Assembly (NCBI GenBank): GCA_032718475.1
Contig: JAUCBJ010004651.1
Location: 62,001-126,000, forward strand
DNA: 64,000 nucleotides
Direction of reading: 5' to 3'
DNA from: Nemertoderma westbladi
Taxonomy: Eukaryota > Animalia > Xenacoelomorpha
The notes beneath the pieces are model-generated. The model had not been told where the DNA came from and did not search any database. It saw nothing but the letters and a program-made list of their open reading frames with translations. The translations under genes and the position numbers were made by a program. Of this stretch, positions 46,336-59,707 are shown one piece after another. Position 1 is the stretch's first letter. Each line of letters starts with the position of its first letter.

Positions 46336-47130
46336 ATGGGCTACATGGTCCCACGACCTTTATACGGAACCCAAATTATCTCCAGCTACACTCACAACTG
46401 ATTGAACATCGTCAGCTACAATCACTACTGGTTGAAAATATCCAGCTACAATGACAACCGGTTGATCATGTGACGGGACTGACGGAGTTGGCAGTATCAG
46501 CTCCCGACCGGTGTAGGTTGTACGCGTCGTCACGTTTGTAAGCTGCTGGCTGAATGATGGATACGTTAGGCCGAAGGCTGTTGAAAAACAAAGATTTAAA
46601 TTGTCAGTGTTTATAATCACAGCGGTTGATAATAGCACAGTCTGAATATAATAATATGCAATGCAAAATAACAGTAACAATGATATAGTAACAGCGTAAT
46701 AACGACGGTCAAAAACTATTCCGGTCTCACACCGTAAGGGAATCAACTAACTCAACTAACTAATAATCAGTGATTACAAGAGTTATATCATTGACACATA
46801 TTGGTTTTAGCCCTACACTACTGGGCAGCCTCTAATACCCAATGGATGCGCTCTTGTCCTCCCCAATGTGCTTTCCTGCCCGCTATTGGCTTATATACTA
46901 ATTGTCACTTCGCCACTCCCTGTTGGTGTTACCCCTTGGTGCTAGCCTCACTAGCTGGTTTCTCCCTCTGAGGTGGTTTGACCTCTCACCTCTCTCTGTG
47001 GCTTACGGCGTGTATCCCCCCCCCCCCCCAGTTGGTTATGAGGTGAGATTATTATTGGTCATCTCACGTCGTCAGCTATATTTGTAAAATGCCACTAGTC
47101 CCTTTTTCGGTGGGTAGTGCATGTAATTGA

Positions 47131-47290
47131 ATTCACTACCAGTTGAACATCTCCAGCTATACTCACTACCGGTTGAACATCTCCAGCGACACACACAACC
47201 GGTTGAACATCTCCAGTTACACTCACTACCACTTGAACAGCTCCAGTTACACTCAGTTCTGGTTGAACATCTTCAGCTACACTCACTACT
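47131..47290. repeat. 30-bp minisatellite CCAGCTACACTCACTACCGGTTGAACATCT (also 46380-46465)
   Basis: Direct reading. Confidence 0.8.
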
Positions 47291-47371
47291 AGAGGATATC
47301 TACAGCTCTATAAAGTAACTTGTAATGGTCCAGTAGACTTGTAAATAATCTTGTACTTTGGAAGTCTCATG

Positions 47372-47564
47372 GAGTGAATAAGCATGGTGGACAGCCCATG
47401 ACTTTCTCGAGACGCATCTCAAAGGACACTGGCCTTGAAGATGCGGATGATCTAGCAAATGTCATGGGTGATAAGGAGTTGTGGGGGTATAATTTTGTGG
47501 ACAAGCTGGCACAGCATTCTTAAAATGCACCTGCAATACAGCGTGCCGATCCTAGTAGTAGTAG
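47372..47564 (+). mobile_element. RTE 3'-end copy (second family)
   Basis: Reverse complement of 39349-39545; GCCGATCC(TAG)n end. Confidence 0.8.
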
Positions 47565-48401
47565 TGTAAATGGATCCCCCCCACCCCCAGATTTTAATAA
47601 GCCTTATAAATAAAATTAGAATAAGCTTAAATAAGCTTTACACCTTTCCAGCTATTTAAATATACTGTTAGGTGTTGAGTAGATAACCTATTCATTTAAT
47701 ACTAATACCGTAGACCTACTTCAAAACTCACTCCATTAATTATTTCAAGGCCAATTATCCTATCATATTGTGGCAAACAAACGGGCATTTTCGGGGTTTT
47801 ATCAGAACGAATCATTAAAAGTCCCTCTGGCATTTAACTAATAAGAAACCCCCCAATATCTAATTTAAGGGGTTTTATCAGAAATTAAATCCCATATTGA
47901 AGGTGCTTAAACAGAGTTTTTTCCTATTTAGGTGGTTTTAACAGATCAAGCGATTTTTTGACGGGATCTTATTTTGAGTTTTTCTCGGTTTAAGGCTGTT
48001 TTAACTTCTGGGGTTTTATTAGAAGGTGGATATCAATCTAAGGTACCAGAAACACCAAAAACCTGAAAGTGGCCAAAAATCGACTTAAGGTATTTTACCA
48101 GATTACCCACGATAATAAATTTGGTAAATAGGTACCCAAGGTGTATTAATGATATTTATTTGCACTTGCACTGTTGTAACCCATGACTGCAATATTGTCC
48201 CATAATTCTAAATAAAATGCTCACGCAAAATGCAATATTTTATTCTCGATATTTTTCAACATTCGATATTTTAACTCTCGATAATTTTACTCTCTATATT
48301 TTTCAACACTCGATATTTTTACTCTCGATTAACACTCGATATTTTTACTCTCGATTAACACTCGATATTTTTCAACACTTGATATTTTTCATCTCGCGTT
48401 A

Positions 48402-49177
48402 TGTTGGAAGAGACGTACCTAATACACGGAATCCTGCAATATCATACTGTAAAGTCTGTGAATCAAAGCATAAATCCAACCTTCTCACCAAAACAGTAAA
48501 CTCTAAGTAAGCAAATCTATTGCAGTATCGGTCTCTTATAACCAGTGAGGCAGAAGACAGTCTACGAACGGACAAACTTCGATAAAACAAAATCCCGCGC
48601 AGCGAATCCTAAAATCGTGCTGACTCACTGACGGACTAAAGGCGCTCGTATACTTTGCCGCGGTGTGATTTATATGGGGTGGGTGAGGGTTGCTAGCTAA
48701 GGGTCTAACTAGCGGGCAAACTGCAGTACGGACAAAATTATTTTATATATTTCGAGGTGTAAATAATTCTTAACGCGTGTGTGTTTTGATTCTAACAGTC
48801 GAAATCGGTTTTAGATCCTTCACATATATAATTACTGGGTCCGGTGTACATTTTACAAATATTCTAATTTTGTAGTTTGTAGGTCCAATACTCACAAATG
48901 ATAAGGCTCCTTCCCCTTTTGTGTATTTCCAGGACTCAAATTCAGGCATAAGGTTAATACTACGCACGGAATTCGGCAATTTAATTTAACAGGTCCCTAA
49001 TACTAAGAAGAAATGTGTTAGTTTATTACAGTAGGCGTACAGTTACGAATATCTAGCCTGGCTTTCTATCTAGAATTTTGGTTGCCTAGGTGGGCACGGC
49101 AACTCCTTATCAGAATGTCGGCGGGGACACGGTAGATGTTAGTATCCCTAATAGCCTTAATTTATATGTGCGCCTAG
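48402..49177 (-). repeat. 3' LTR of C, truncated at its U3 end
   Basis: Matches 55984-56742 apart from a few substitutions and a 16-bp indel. Confidence 0.92.
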
Positions 49178-49204
49178 AGATGAGATTTATGACAAATTAA
49201 GCCA

Positions 49205-52200
49205 TTATAAATTATCGGACTCCAACTCAATATTGGTGATGACTTGATTGGTTGACCTTGACTTATGGATGTGAATTCGCTGAGCTTGTAGCTCAGCGCG
49301 TGGTGTCGTCATGTACTTAGTAGGCATGGTCTTAGCCTTAGAAGTAATGAGCGAAACATCGAACTCATCTGAGTCTACTTGTCTGCGCAGATACGCTGTA
49401 ACTCCAAAGCCGTTGTCACTGGTGTCGGAAAAACAATGTAATTCTAAGTTGTCAAGAAATGTCGTCTGTAATGGAAAATATACCCGGGGTATGGAATAAT
49501 CTTCTAGTGAAGACAATTGTGCCTCCCATAAGTCCTCATAAGTTTTCCATAAGTCTACTTGTTCTGATGAGATCGGTTTGTCCCATGTCAGTCCATCTTT
49601 CCAAATACTGCGCATGTATATTCTTGCTTGCAGTATTATTGGGCTGATAAAACCTAATGGATCGAACAATCTACTCAGTTTTGACAAGCAAGACCTCTTT
49701 GTCAGAGAATCTCCTTGAGCGTCCAGTCTTACTTTCATTCGAAAGTTGTCTGTGTTCGGATCCCAAAATAGTCCCAACACTTTTGTCGTTGGTAGTGGTT
49801 CGAATTCCAAATCAATGTCACCACCCCCACATTCGGTCGTTTCGAATGAATTCACTAATTCGGTACTATTTGAAGCAAACTTGGTGAGGTTAAAACCTCC
49901 GCCTGCTAAACAGTCCCGTAATTGATGTGCTACTGTTATAGCACGTTCTACTGTGTCACAACTTTGTAATCCATCGTCAACGTAAAAGTCTCGTTCTACT
50001 ATTTGGATTACCTCTGGGTCATACTTATGTTTCTGGTCCCTAGCGGTCTGCTTTAGGGCGTACATAGTACAATTTGGGCTGTCTCTGGCACCGAATACGC
50101 GAACTTGGTTGACTTAAGTCTCCATCCGGGTACCAGAGGAACCTCAAACTGTCTCTGTCTCGCTCTAATGCTTGCACTTGGTGAAACATCGCTTCTACGT
50201 CGCAAGTAAATGCTACTTGACGTTGACGGAAGCGCATAATCACCCCCATGAGATAATTATTCATGTTTGGTCCATCCATCAACTCCGTATTGAGAGACAT
50301 TCCCTCAAAAAGAGCCGCGCAGTCATTAACTATGCGTACCTTTTCTGGTTTGTCGGGGTGTCTCACATAGTGATGTGGCAAGTAGTATGTCTGATCTGTC
50401 ACAATCTCTGGGTTTGTCATTCGGATAGCGTACCCTTTTGTCAAATACGTCTCCATTTGAGTATTGTACTGTAAATGGGCTTTCTCGTCCTTTAATAAAC
50501 GTTGTCGTATTGAGTTTAAACGTTTTAAGGCTAGCGGATAATTATTTATAAGTTTAGGACATTGGTTACGCCATAACATCCCTACCTCATAATGTCCGTC
50601 TTTCGTCTGGCGGATAGTATCTTCCATGATCTTTAAAGATTGTTTCTCTTGTTCCGACATACATGGTTCGTAACTACCTGGTTCAGCGGTATCTTGTTCC
50701 AACCATTTGATAGTTTTCTCTGTTAATTCTTTGTCCAGTGCAGCTTGTTCCACTTGACAATTTCTTAATGCGTCGGCATCGACGGGCATTGATAAAGTTA
50801 TTGGTTTAGGTAGACTCGCAAGCCTTCCGGCGTTATCATCAAACTTACCAAACATCAATCTCTAAACTTACCTTTTTGTGGAGTGGTTTCTGCTCTTTGT
50901 GACTTATTGTACTTGCTACACACGTCGTACTTGTAACATTGTCGTGTTTTGTCGAACGTTGTGTAGTATAGTCTCTGTCGTTTGAAAAGGAATGAGTCAA
51001 AGTTGTAGTTAATAAACTACATGTACTTTGCACATCATCTTCCTCATCACTTATATCTAGTGTGCGCACAGGAGCTCGAGTATACCAACCTATCGGCGTT
51101 CTGCAGGCGTATGCGTTTCCTGCTACGACTACCGATGGTCTGGTTTCCCACACTTGATATAAGTTGAATTGGTCTGTCCCGATCAGCATTGCTACTGACC
51201 TGTAATTAACAGGACATTCAGGTACACCAAGGTGTCTAAAATACTTACGGTCCTCCAAGGGTTGTTCTGGCACAGGACCCAGTAGGTTACTAAAGTCCTT
51301 TGTGGCCGCAAAGGTTAAATCCTTAAAAGGTAGCAAAGACCTCTCCTCTTCGCTATGTTGCGATTTTGGAAGAAAGGTGTCCAAGTTTAACTTAACTCTT
51401 GTCACTGGTATTGCACGTTGTCCATGCGTACTACTTACAGTATATCTGACGTTCTTACCTTGTTGAAGGTCCGTCACGACGTCAGCTACCTTCTCATCCA
51501 CGTAGCTGTGAGATGAGGCTGAATCCAAAATAGCGTAGATCCGTTTGCTCCCTTTGGTGCCCATAATCTTAACAGGAATTACGCTAAATCCCTTCAGTTG
51601 ATCAGGCGTCAGAAGCGCAATCAATGGTTGTTCGTCCCCAGTGTTGAAATATACGTCGTCGTCTTCGGACTCTTCATCCGACGACCCGGATTGTTCTGGG
51701 AAACAATCCCGTATATGCGTCACAAAAGTTGGTGTTGTTTTCGATTCTCGTGTCTTGTATGCAGTGTTGCATTTCGCTGCTGCTTCTGGGTGTTCCCTGG
51801 TGAAGCGTTTCATCGGTGTATGACTATCCGTGTGGAGCAAAGCGTCATGATTGCGTCCACATGAAGGACAGGTGTCCATATTTGGGCAATCCTTGCGGAC
51901 ATGTCCGTGTTGTGTACACCTCCAACAAGAATCTAACGGCCTTATTTGTAGCCGTCGTTCTTCTGAGTTTAACTCGCGAAATAGTCGACATCCCCTTAAC
52001 TTATGGCTAGTATGCCGCTTACCCATCCGCTCGCAGTATTGACAACCGCTGAAGTCGGCAGTTAGTTGCTGTCTAGTCTGTTTGATCCCAATAGGTGGGG
52101 ACACTTTACAACCGTCGGAAAATTGTCGGGTTTCTGTTGGTGTAGCGTAGGTGACCGTCCTTGTGGATGTCGTCTGTGGGTTTTGTCGGTTGGAAGATGG

Positions 52201-55142
52201 CAAAGTAGATATTAATAGGTAGACATCTTCCAATCTCAAAAATCCACCCTTTTCTTCTCGCTGATACTCGATCTTTCTCCACTCCCTACGAAGTCGATGG
52301 TGTAGTCTCCCTATTATTTTCAATAGGACTGTAGGAGTGTTTGCGTAATCAAGTTGTCCAATTGATCGTAACGTCGTAATGGCGTTCTTAATTTCGTCAG
52401 CTAGTTTCAGTAAGTCAATGGGTTTTGTAATAGCCCCCCCCCCCCTTACAGAGTTCCTCTATTACCGACTTGGCCATACTTACTGTACCTCCGTAAATTG
52501 AAGTTAAGCGATCGTAAGCTAATTCAAAGGCGTCTGGTACACCGACAAAAGTCTCTGCTAGACGTTTTGGTTCTCCCGTCAGTGTTTTAAGCAGATAATT
52601 GAACTTTTCCCTCGATGTAAACGCACATGCGGCAATTTGAGATTCGATATAATCCACAAACGTATGCCAATGCTTGGAGTTACCGGAGAACTTTGGTGGT
52701 TGCTGCACTGGTAGTCCTTGCCTAGCTGCGAATTTAGCTATCTCCTCAGCGACATTCAAAGCTTCGCGTCCTTGGGTGGCAATCAAGTTAATATTCTCCC
52801 GTCTTGGCGCTTTCCTTTGGTACGAAGTATTTCTTGAAGGTATCGCTCTTTGCGGATCCTTCGGATTTCTAGTGTGTTCGAATTCTGTATTTCTCGAACT
52901 ATCGGTTTGAGCTTCCTCTAAGCGTTCTTCGATCTGGGCCAACTTGTTGACAACTGGTCGCATTAGGTCGGCGAATTGTTGCGTACAAATCACGTCCGTT
53001 GGTTGTAACGCTTTCTGTGGTGGTGTATTTTGTGGAGGATCATTCATAAAGGAATTATCTGAACACTCACGTTTGCATTCATCGGCCGCTCCTGTTCTAA
53101 ACACCTCGCGTTCGGGATAATCCGATTCGCTTGAAGTACTACTAATGCCTGGATACGGTGGCGACGTGCTCGCGTCCATTGTGTCGTCCGAATTCTAACA
53201 TTCCGTTTTGAAACATCGTCTACTGGTCTCCGTCGTTCGGTAGGCTCGCAAGTCTTCCTCGAAGTCGTAGATTGTGATGTAAACTGGTTAAGCGGTCGCG
53301 TGTCTACTGGTCTCCCTTGTTCGGTAGGCTCACAAGTCTTCCTCGAAGTTGTAGATTGCGATGTAAACTGAAACTGTGGTCGCGTAATGGCGTTTGCGTC
53401 TAAAGTCCTCGTAGGTCTAAACACGGTTGGGTTTGCGTAGTGAGTGACAGGTTTGGGTGTTGAAAGTTGACTCACCTGTTTAATCGTCAGTAATGCAGGC
53501 CCTGCCAATAAACTGCTACGATCTGTATTTGGCAGGTTACTTACCTTGACTTTCGGAATAGGCGATGACGTTGCTCTTCGCGGTATAAACTTGTCCGGAA
53601 TAACAAACCTGTGTTCCGTCGCATCGTGTATAGGAGATATACTGCTACTACCCGCAATCGAAACAGGTCCTTTATTCGTAATTGGTGCAAACATAGGTGT
53701 TACTTGAGGAAATCGTTGACATAAGTCTTTAACTATTTCCCGTTCTCGCTCAGGTGCTCCTACGCTTCCTTCCTTTATTCGTTCCTGAATTTGATGATGC
53801 CTTACCTCTATCCGGTCTAGATCGTGTCCGTCTCGAGATCTCATTGATCGATCGCGGGCTTGAAGATCCAGATCTTCCTTGGCGTTGGCTAATTCTCTCG
53901 CCTTCTTTTCGAGTTCGAAGTGAAGTTTAACTTCTTCTCGCGTTGTTCCGTCTGTTGTTGTTGCGCCTTAAACTCCGCTAGTCGTATAGCTGATTGAGCC
54001 TTTATCTGTCATTTTCTCAACTCGGCTCGGGCTTCCGAAACTCGCTTTTGTTCTTCCAACTCTGCTGCTTGTCGTTCCAACTCAGCTGTTGCTGCTCGTT
54101 GCGCTAACTCAGCTGCCGTTGTTTGCTGTGCTATTTCTAGCTCTAACCTTTCCATCTCAGCTGCTTCTAGTTCGGCTGCTTCTTGCAGATGAGAGATTCT
54201 CGCAACATTTGCGACGCGTAGTTTCTCTTCCTCTACAGCTGCTTGTACAGTTAATAATTGAGTTTGTTCCTCAATTTCTCGTTGTTGTCTGTAGAACTGT
54301 TGTTGCTGTCGAGAAATTTCTGACGTTACCATACTCACCTCGCCAATTTCGCTGCGAATACTCACCAATGATTGATCCAGTTTCCAGATCCAGATTCCCG
54401 GTGCCAGTTCGATTTGTACGGGTGAAGTTTCCCTCGTAGCCTCCGGCACAGTTTCCCAATCTCCGACGTCTTCGCCGCACATATGTAAGTGATCCGTCAG
54501 GTATTTCAATTGTCCATCCAGTCTGTACAGTTCCTGTTCTTCCTCGGGTTGCAATAATTTGTCGGAAACTGACTAACCTAACAACTGATCCTCTTGTTCT
54601 TGTTGAATCAGTCTAACGGCCGTCTTAAACTGAATTAGTTTCTCCCTAGCGATTATTAATTTCTCGAGGATCTTAAACTGTGTGTCCGTATCCTGTCTTT
54701 GTCTAGCTAGATCTTGTAGACTGATTAGGTTACTTACGGACTTATGTACTTTACTCTGTACTCTAACCTGTAAGGTATAGAACTCGAACCGGGACATCGG
54801 AGCGGTCAACTCGTTTAATATGCGTTGGACTTCTCCAATACTCCTGGTGATATGCGCCATGTATCCTCCGAAGCTTCTAACAACGCTCTCTTGGCTTCCT
54901 ACTGAACTTACCATGTCCGTTTCCCTTTATCTAGGTTGCGGAACTGTTAGAAAATCCTCAGTCCTGCCGTCGCCTCGTACTATGGCATCCGGTACTCCCG
55001 TTGGATGTACTGGTGACGCACACGGTGTAGGTTCGGTAGGCTCGCGAGTGTTCCCTTGTGGTTCTTCCGCTACTGACTTATCTGCGTCACATGAGTCATA
55101 GTCGGTATGTGTATTCTTCGTATAGTCCTGTTTGTCACTCAT
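49205..55142 (-). pseudogene. Frameshifted Bel/Pao gag-pol (Gag, zinc knuckles, protease, RT, partial RNase H)
   Basis: PPKFSGNSKHW..KFNYLLKTLTGEP; CWRCTQHGHVRKDC; ILDSASSHSYV; YYLPHH..KVRIVNDCAA..DVEAMFHQV; FYVDD; LHCFSDTS..TTPRAELQA; split over eight ORF pieces. Confidence 0.92.
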
Positions 55143-55972
55143 TTCAGTAGTTGTAAGTCAAGTAAAATGAGAGTGTCAAAGTATCAAACTTACCGTATTT
55201 ATATCAAAACGGTACTAATTACAATTCAAACATATAAAATTAGCCTACCGGCCGATTTTATAGCAAATGGATAAAATTAGCCTAGCTGCCAATTTTACAG
55301 CAAATAAATGTCACGGAATAAGTATATAATAAAATTAGCCTATCGGCCAATTTTATAACAAATAAATCGGATAACAATATATGTTATCAAAATGTAATTC
55401 AAACACAAATGATACGGACTAATTCAGCAATAAACAAAGAAATCGTACGGAATGCATAAATACTTGAGACAGTGGAACCCACAATAATTTTAACTAATAC
55501 GGTAATGCCTAACTGATTAATGCAACCTTTCGAACTTACCCCCTCCAAAATTCTCCAGAAAAACAGATTCCCAGATACAAACCGGACGTGAACCTTTCCG
55601 TTTCCAGCGTTGCGGACGAAGTGCGATTTTCCCCAACCAAAATTGTTGAGTTATCAATCTCCCAAACTTGCTAAACACGGTCTTGCTCCTGTTACAGTCT
55701 AGAAATGAACTCTGAATCCTGAAAAACAAAAGAGTTTGGTTTTACTTTTACGAAAAATTTTGTACCGGTACAATATGGTATTTAAACCCTTTTGAAACAC
55801 CGGTATTCAATTCCAAATATTTTACACACGGTTCAAATCAAAATTTTATTCAAAAAATCAGCACTTAGCTAATCAAATACAAATTTTTACCTCAAAATAC
55901 AAATTTTTTCAAATAATTTTTGTCCTACTGAACTATAGTTCAGTAAAACACATTCCTACTGTTGTGTAAAAC

Positions 55973-55983
55973 CACATTCCTAC
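55973..55983 (-). promoter_or_regulatory. Non-canonical primer-binding site GTAGGAATGTG of C (second copy 55949-55959)
   Basis: Abuts the LTR end CCAACA; exact reverse complement at 56987-56997 in the LTR. Confidence 0.65.
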
Positions 55984-57878
55984 TGTTGGAAGAGACGTAC
56001 CTAATACACGGAATCCTGCAATATCATACTGTAAAGTCTGTGAATCAAAGCATAAATCCAACCTTCTCACCAAAACAGTAAACTCTAAGTAAGCAAATCT
56101 ATTGCAGTATCGGTCTCTTATAACCGGTGAGGCAGAAGACAGTCTACGAACGGACAAACTTCGATAAAACAAAATCCCGCGCAGCGAATCCTAAAATCGT
56201 GCTGACTCACTGACGGACTAAAGGCGCTCGTATACTTTGCCGCGGTGTGATTTATATGGGGTGGGTGAGGGTTGCTAGCTAAGGGTCTAACTAGCGGGCA
56301 AACTGCAGTAAGGACAAAATTATTTTATATATTTCGAGGTGTAAATAATTCTTAACGCGTGTGTGTTTTGATTCTAACAGTCGAAATCGGTTTTAGATCC
56401 TTCACATATATAATTACTGGGTCCGGTGTACATTTTACAAATATTCTAATTTTGTAGTTTGTAGGTCCAATACTCACAAATGATAAGGCTCCTTCCCCTT
56501 TTGTGTATTTCCAGGACTCAAATTCAGGCATAAGGTTAATACTTCGCCCGGAATTCGGCAATTTAATTTACCAGGTCCCTAATACTAAGAAGAAATGTGT
56601 TAGTTTATTACAGTAGGCGTACAGTTACGAATATCTAGCCTTTTGGTTGCCTAGGTGGGCACGGCAACTCCTTATCAGAATGTCGGCGGGGACACGGTAG
56701 ATGTTAGTATCCCTAATAGCCTTAATTTATATGTGCGCCTAGCAATAAACTGCCCTACCGCCTGAACGGTACAATCTTAATTCAGGTAAAAGCACAGTAA
56801 CCTCTCCAAGCCTACAAACTCCAATGCAAACAATGGACACCGTTGTACTACAAAACAACCAACCAGCGCACCGATACCTGGCAAATGAGTTAGGCGTACA
56901 GTTTACTGTACCCTACCAATGTGTATGCCTTGTACTGGTGTGCCTGTGTCCTATCTGTGTACTAGTATCTCTCTGCCTGCCCTCCCGTAGGAATGTGAAG
57001 GTCTACTGCGGGTTTTTATCTGGATCAAGACAGTACAGTTCCTAAATTTAATTTTTAGCGCACAGCGTGTCACTACCTCTACCTTTGATCTCAGGTCTTA
57101 CACTTAGGTAGCAAGGCATCAAACGCTGTCTAACCTTTCAGGCGATGGGCGAATAACTAAGAATGGATATTGCGGGTGGTCTCCTTCCTACATTCCGCCG
57201 ATGTTCCCGTTTATTGCCACGGCCCGCTGTCTAGCCTGCCATATGTTCCTCAGTTGGGTTCACAGTGGTGAAGCATGATAAAACAGATGTAACAAATACT
57301 TCTAACTTTATTACAAAATAAACGATAAGGGTATATAATGTATAATAGCATAGATTAAAGTAACGTACTAAACACAATAATCTGAATACTAAATGAACTG
57401 AAGAAGTTTTATAAGTGAAGTGAAGATAGTTAACTAATGAACAAATCGCACCCTTTTATAGCAAATTAGTGCTGCTAACAATCGAGATAAATCTAGATTG
57501 TTCTATGAGTTCCATTAGATTTTTAAAGATAATCATTGGTCCAGCAAACGCGTATCTTGCACGACATTGGTTACTGTCAAATAACTGCAATCACATTGGT
57601 TAATCTACCTTAAGCAGATACAATTAAATCGTAGCGGTCAATTCAAATGAGTTGAAATCTAGCACAAAAAATAATTCGCACCTGCTAGGATTTGAACTCG
57701 ATACCTACTAAACGATTTTCTAACGCATAACCAACTGAGCTACTGAACCACTTGAACAATGTTGTACGAATAGCTATAGTAAATGCAAATAAGGACTTAA
57801 TGTAATCTTTATAACAAATTAATTCCAACAAAATAAAATTTTGAAAATCCACGGCTTTTATGAGGATATAATTCTATA
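55984..57878 (-). repeat. 5' LTR of C (~1.9 kb): tRNA-like boxes, CCAAT boxes, TATAAAA (57454-57460)
   Basis: Bounded by the TSD; outer terminus reads TAT instead of TGT; only 55984-56742 can be checked against the other LTR. Confidence 0.7.
57678..57749 (-). ncRNA. tRNA-like sequence with A box TAGCTCAGTTGG and B box GAGTTCAAATCC inside the U3 of C
   Basis: Boxes at 57731-57742 and 57688-57699, followed by a T-run; cloverleaf is degenerate. Confidence 0.6.
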
Positions 57879-59395
57879 CGTTATTTTTACTCTCGATATT
57901 TTTTAATCACATTAATTTCCAACACTCATTATTTTTACTCTCGATATTTTTCAACACTCGATATTTTTACTCTCGATATTTTTCAACACTCGATATTTTT
58001 ACTCTCAATATTTTTTAACACACTATATTTTTCACCGTTTGGTCGCATCAGGGGGCAAGGTCGAGCTCGATCGATGAAGCGGTAAAGAATGAGTAGAGGT
58101 GACCGGAAGGCTCGTGAGCCTACCGTTAGCATTAAGTACTCAGGATACGGACTAGATCAGTAGGACAAACTCTATAGTAGTCAGGAGGACATTTATGTTA
58201 TATTATTTGAGATTATTATGTTTCGTCTTATTTGAGTTAATTTAATTTGGTGAATTTATTATGTAATTAAATGATTATTATGTACGTTCTAAGAATATTT
58301 GCCTTAAATCATTTATATTATGTGATTGATGAAAGTTTTGTATTTTATGCACCCAAATTTAATATTAATTAGATAGTAAAGCTTGTATTTGTTGTATGTT
58401 CATAATGAAGGTTTTATATTTACGTATTATTTGGTCTAGCTAATCTTATTCACTGTTTGAGTTCTCGCTTAACTAATCTTACGATTATTATTCTTTAGTT
58501 AAAGTTTTGTTATTTGTAAAACTTTAGTAATTTGTTTAAAACTGTGTGATTACATTAAAAATATGTAACATGTACGTAGCTTTTAGCGTATCTATCTTAA
58601 GACAGCCAACGTTAGAAGATGGCTGCCGAAATGCTTAGGCCACAGTAACGCAATGGGGAGGAATGCCCGCAACGCATAAGGAACCTACACCATTTGCCTG
58701 CGCCCAACTAGACCATGATTCGACAGCTAGAAAGTGCCCATGCCCGAGGTAAGACTTTGTTCGACGCCTTTGCCCACCGTAAGACCGTAGATCAGGGCGA
58801 AGTATGTTGACGTCCTGGGACGCTGTAAAATTTAGGAGTAAAATATCTCAGATTCAGACAGGTGCGAGCTGTTTGCTAGTACACGCGAGTACACTAGGTG
58901 CAAATAGCATGCTCTATAATTTGGTGACTTTACCGTACTACCGATTCAGTACTGGTTAGCGCTGTAGGCTTTGCTGTTGTTTGTAGCTAAAGAATGAAAG
59001 CGAAAATAAAAATTCTGGCTCACCCAGCAAGGAGGAGAGAGGTGAAACTATCTCTGTTTCAAATTTCATGCAATCTCATTACGATTTGTAAAAAATTTTT
59101 TTTTTTTTTTGGGGGGGGGGGGGGGGGGGGAGGTACCTGAATAACGACACTATATTCCAGGACATGGTGTAACATATTCTAGTAGCTAGCGCCCGGTATA
59201 ATTATTTTGTTAAAGTCATCAAAACCTACTATTATCACGAAACCCAAAATTTCGCCTTATCGTAACACACACACACACACACGTGTCTTATGATTCTGTT
59301 TTCTGTTCTACTGATATTATACCCTTTTGACTGTCTTTTCTGTTGGCAGTAGTGTTTTACGCTAGTGTTTGGCTGACTCACTGGCTCGTATTATA

Positions 59396-59528
59396 CCCAT
59401 ATAAATCACAACGCGGCAAGTCTACAGTAGTTTTGGTCCATTAGCGGTAGTTAGGATTCGCTACGCGGGGATTGTTTTCTCGTGAGTTTGGTCTGTTTCT
59501 GTAGACTGTACATATGCCTCACCGGTTA
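59396..59528 (+). mobile_element. LTR fragment related to the C LTR, opposite orientation
   Basis: CCCATATAAATCACA.CGCGGCAA, TTAGGATTCGCT.CGCGGGATT and TGCCTCACCGGTTA match the reverse complement of 56122-56260. Confidence 0.7.
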
Positions 59529-59707
59529 GGGACTGGTCACCCTGATTATCAAGTTAGCCCGGGCAATTGATTCGCCCAAGTTTAGTGGAAGACATCAGGC
59601 AACGATCTCGCCGCCAGTAGTAGTTTGTGTACTTTGGTATCTATTATTTAGGCCCGATTGTTGGGATTTTACAGTAGATATTGTACAACAGTTACTGGAC
59701 TTTACAG

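Larger units (their letters stand above)
48402..57878 (-). mobile_element. Bel/Pao LTR retrotransposon 'C', decayed; integrase and the 3'-LTR U3 deleted
   Basis: LTR copies 48402-49177 and 55984-56742; 5-bp TSD CGTTA at 48397-48401 and 57879-57883; inserted in a (CTCGATATTTTT)n repeat present on both sides. Confidence 0.88.
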
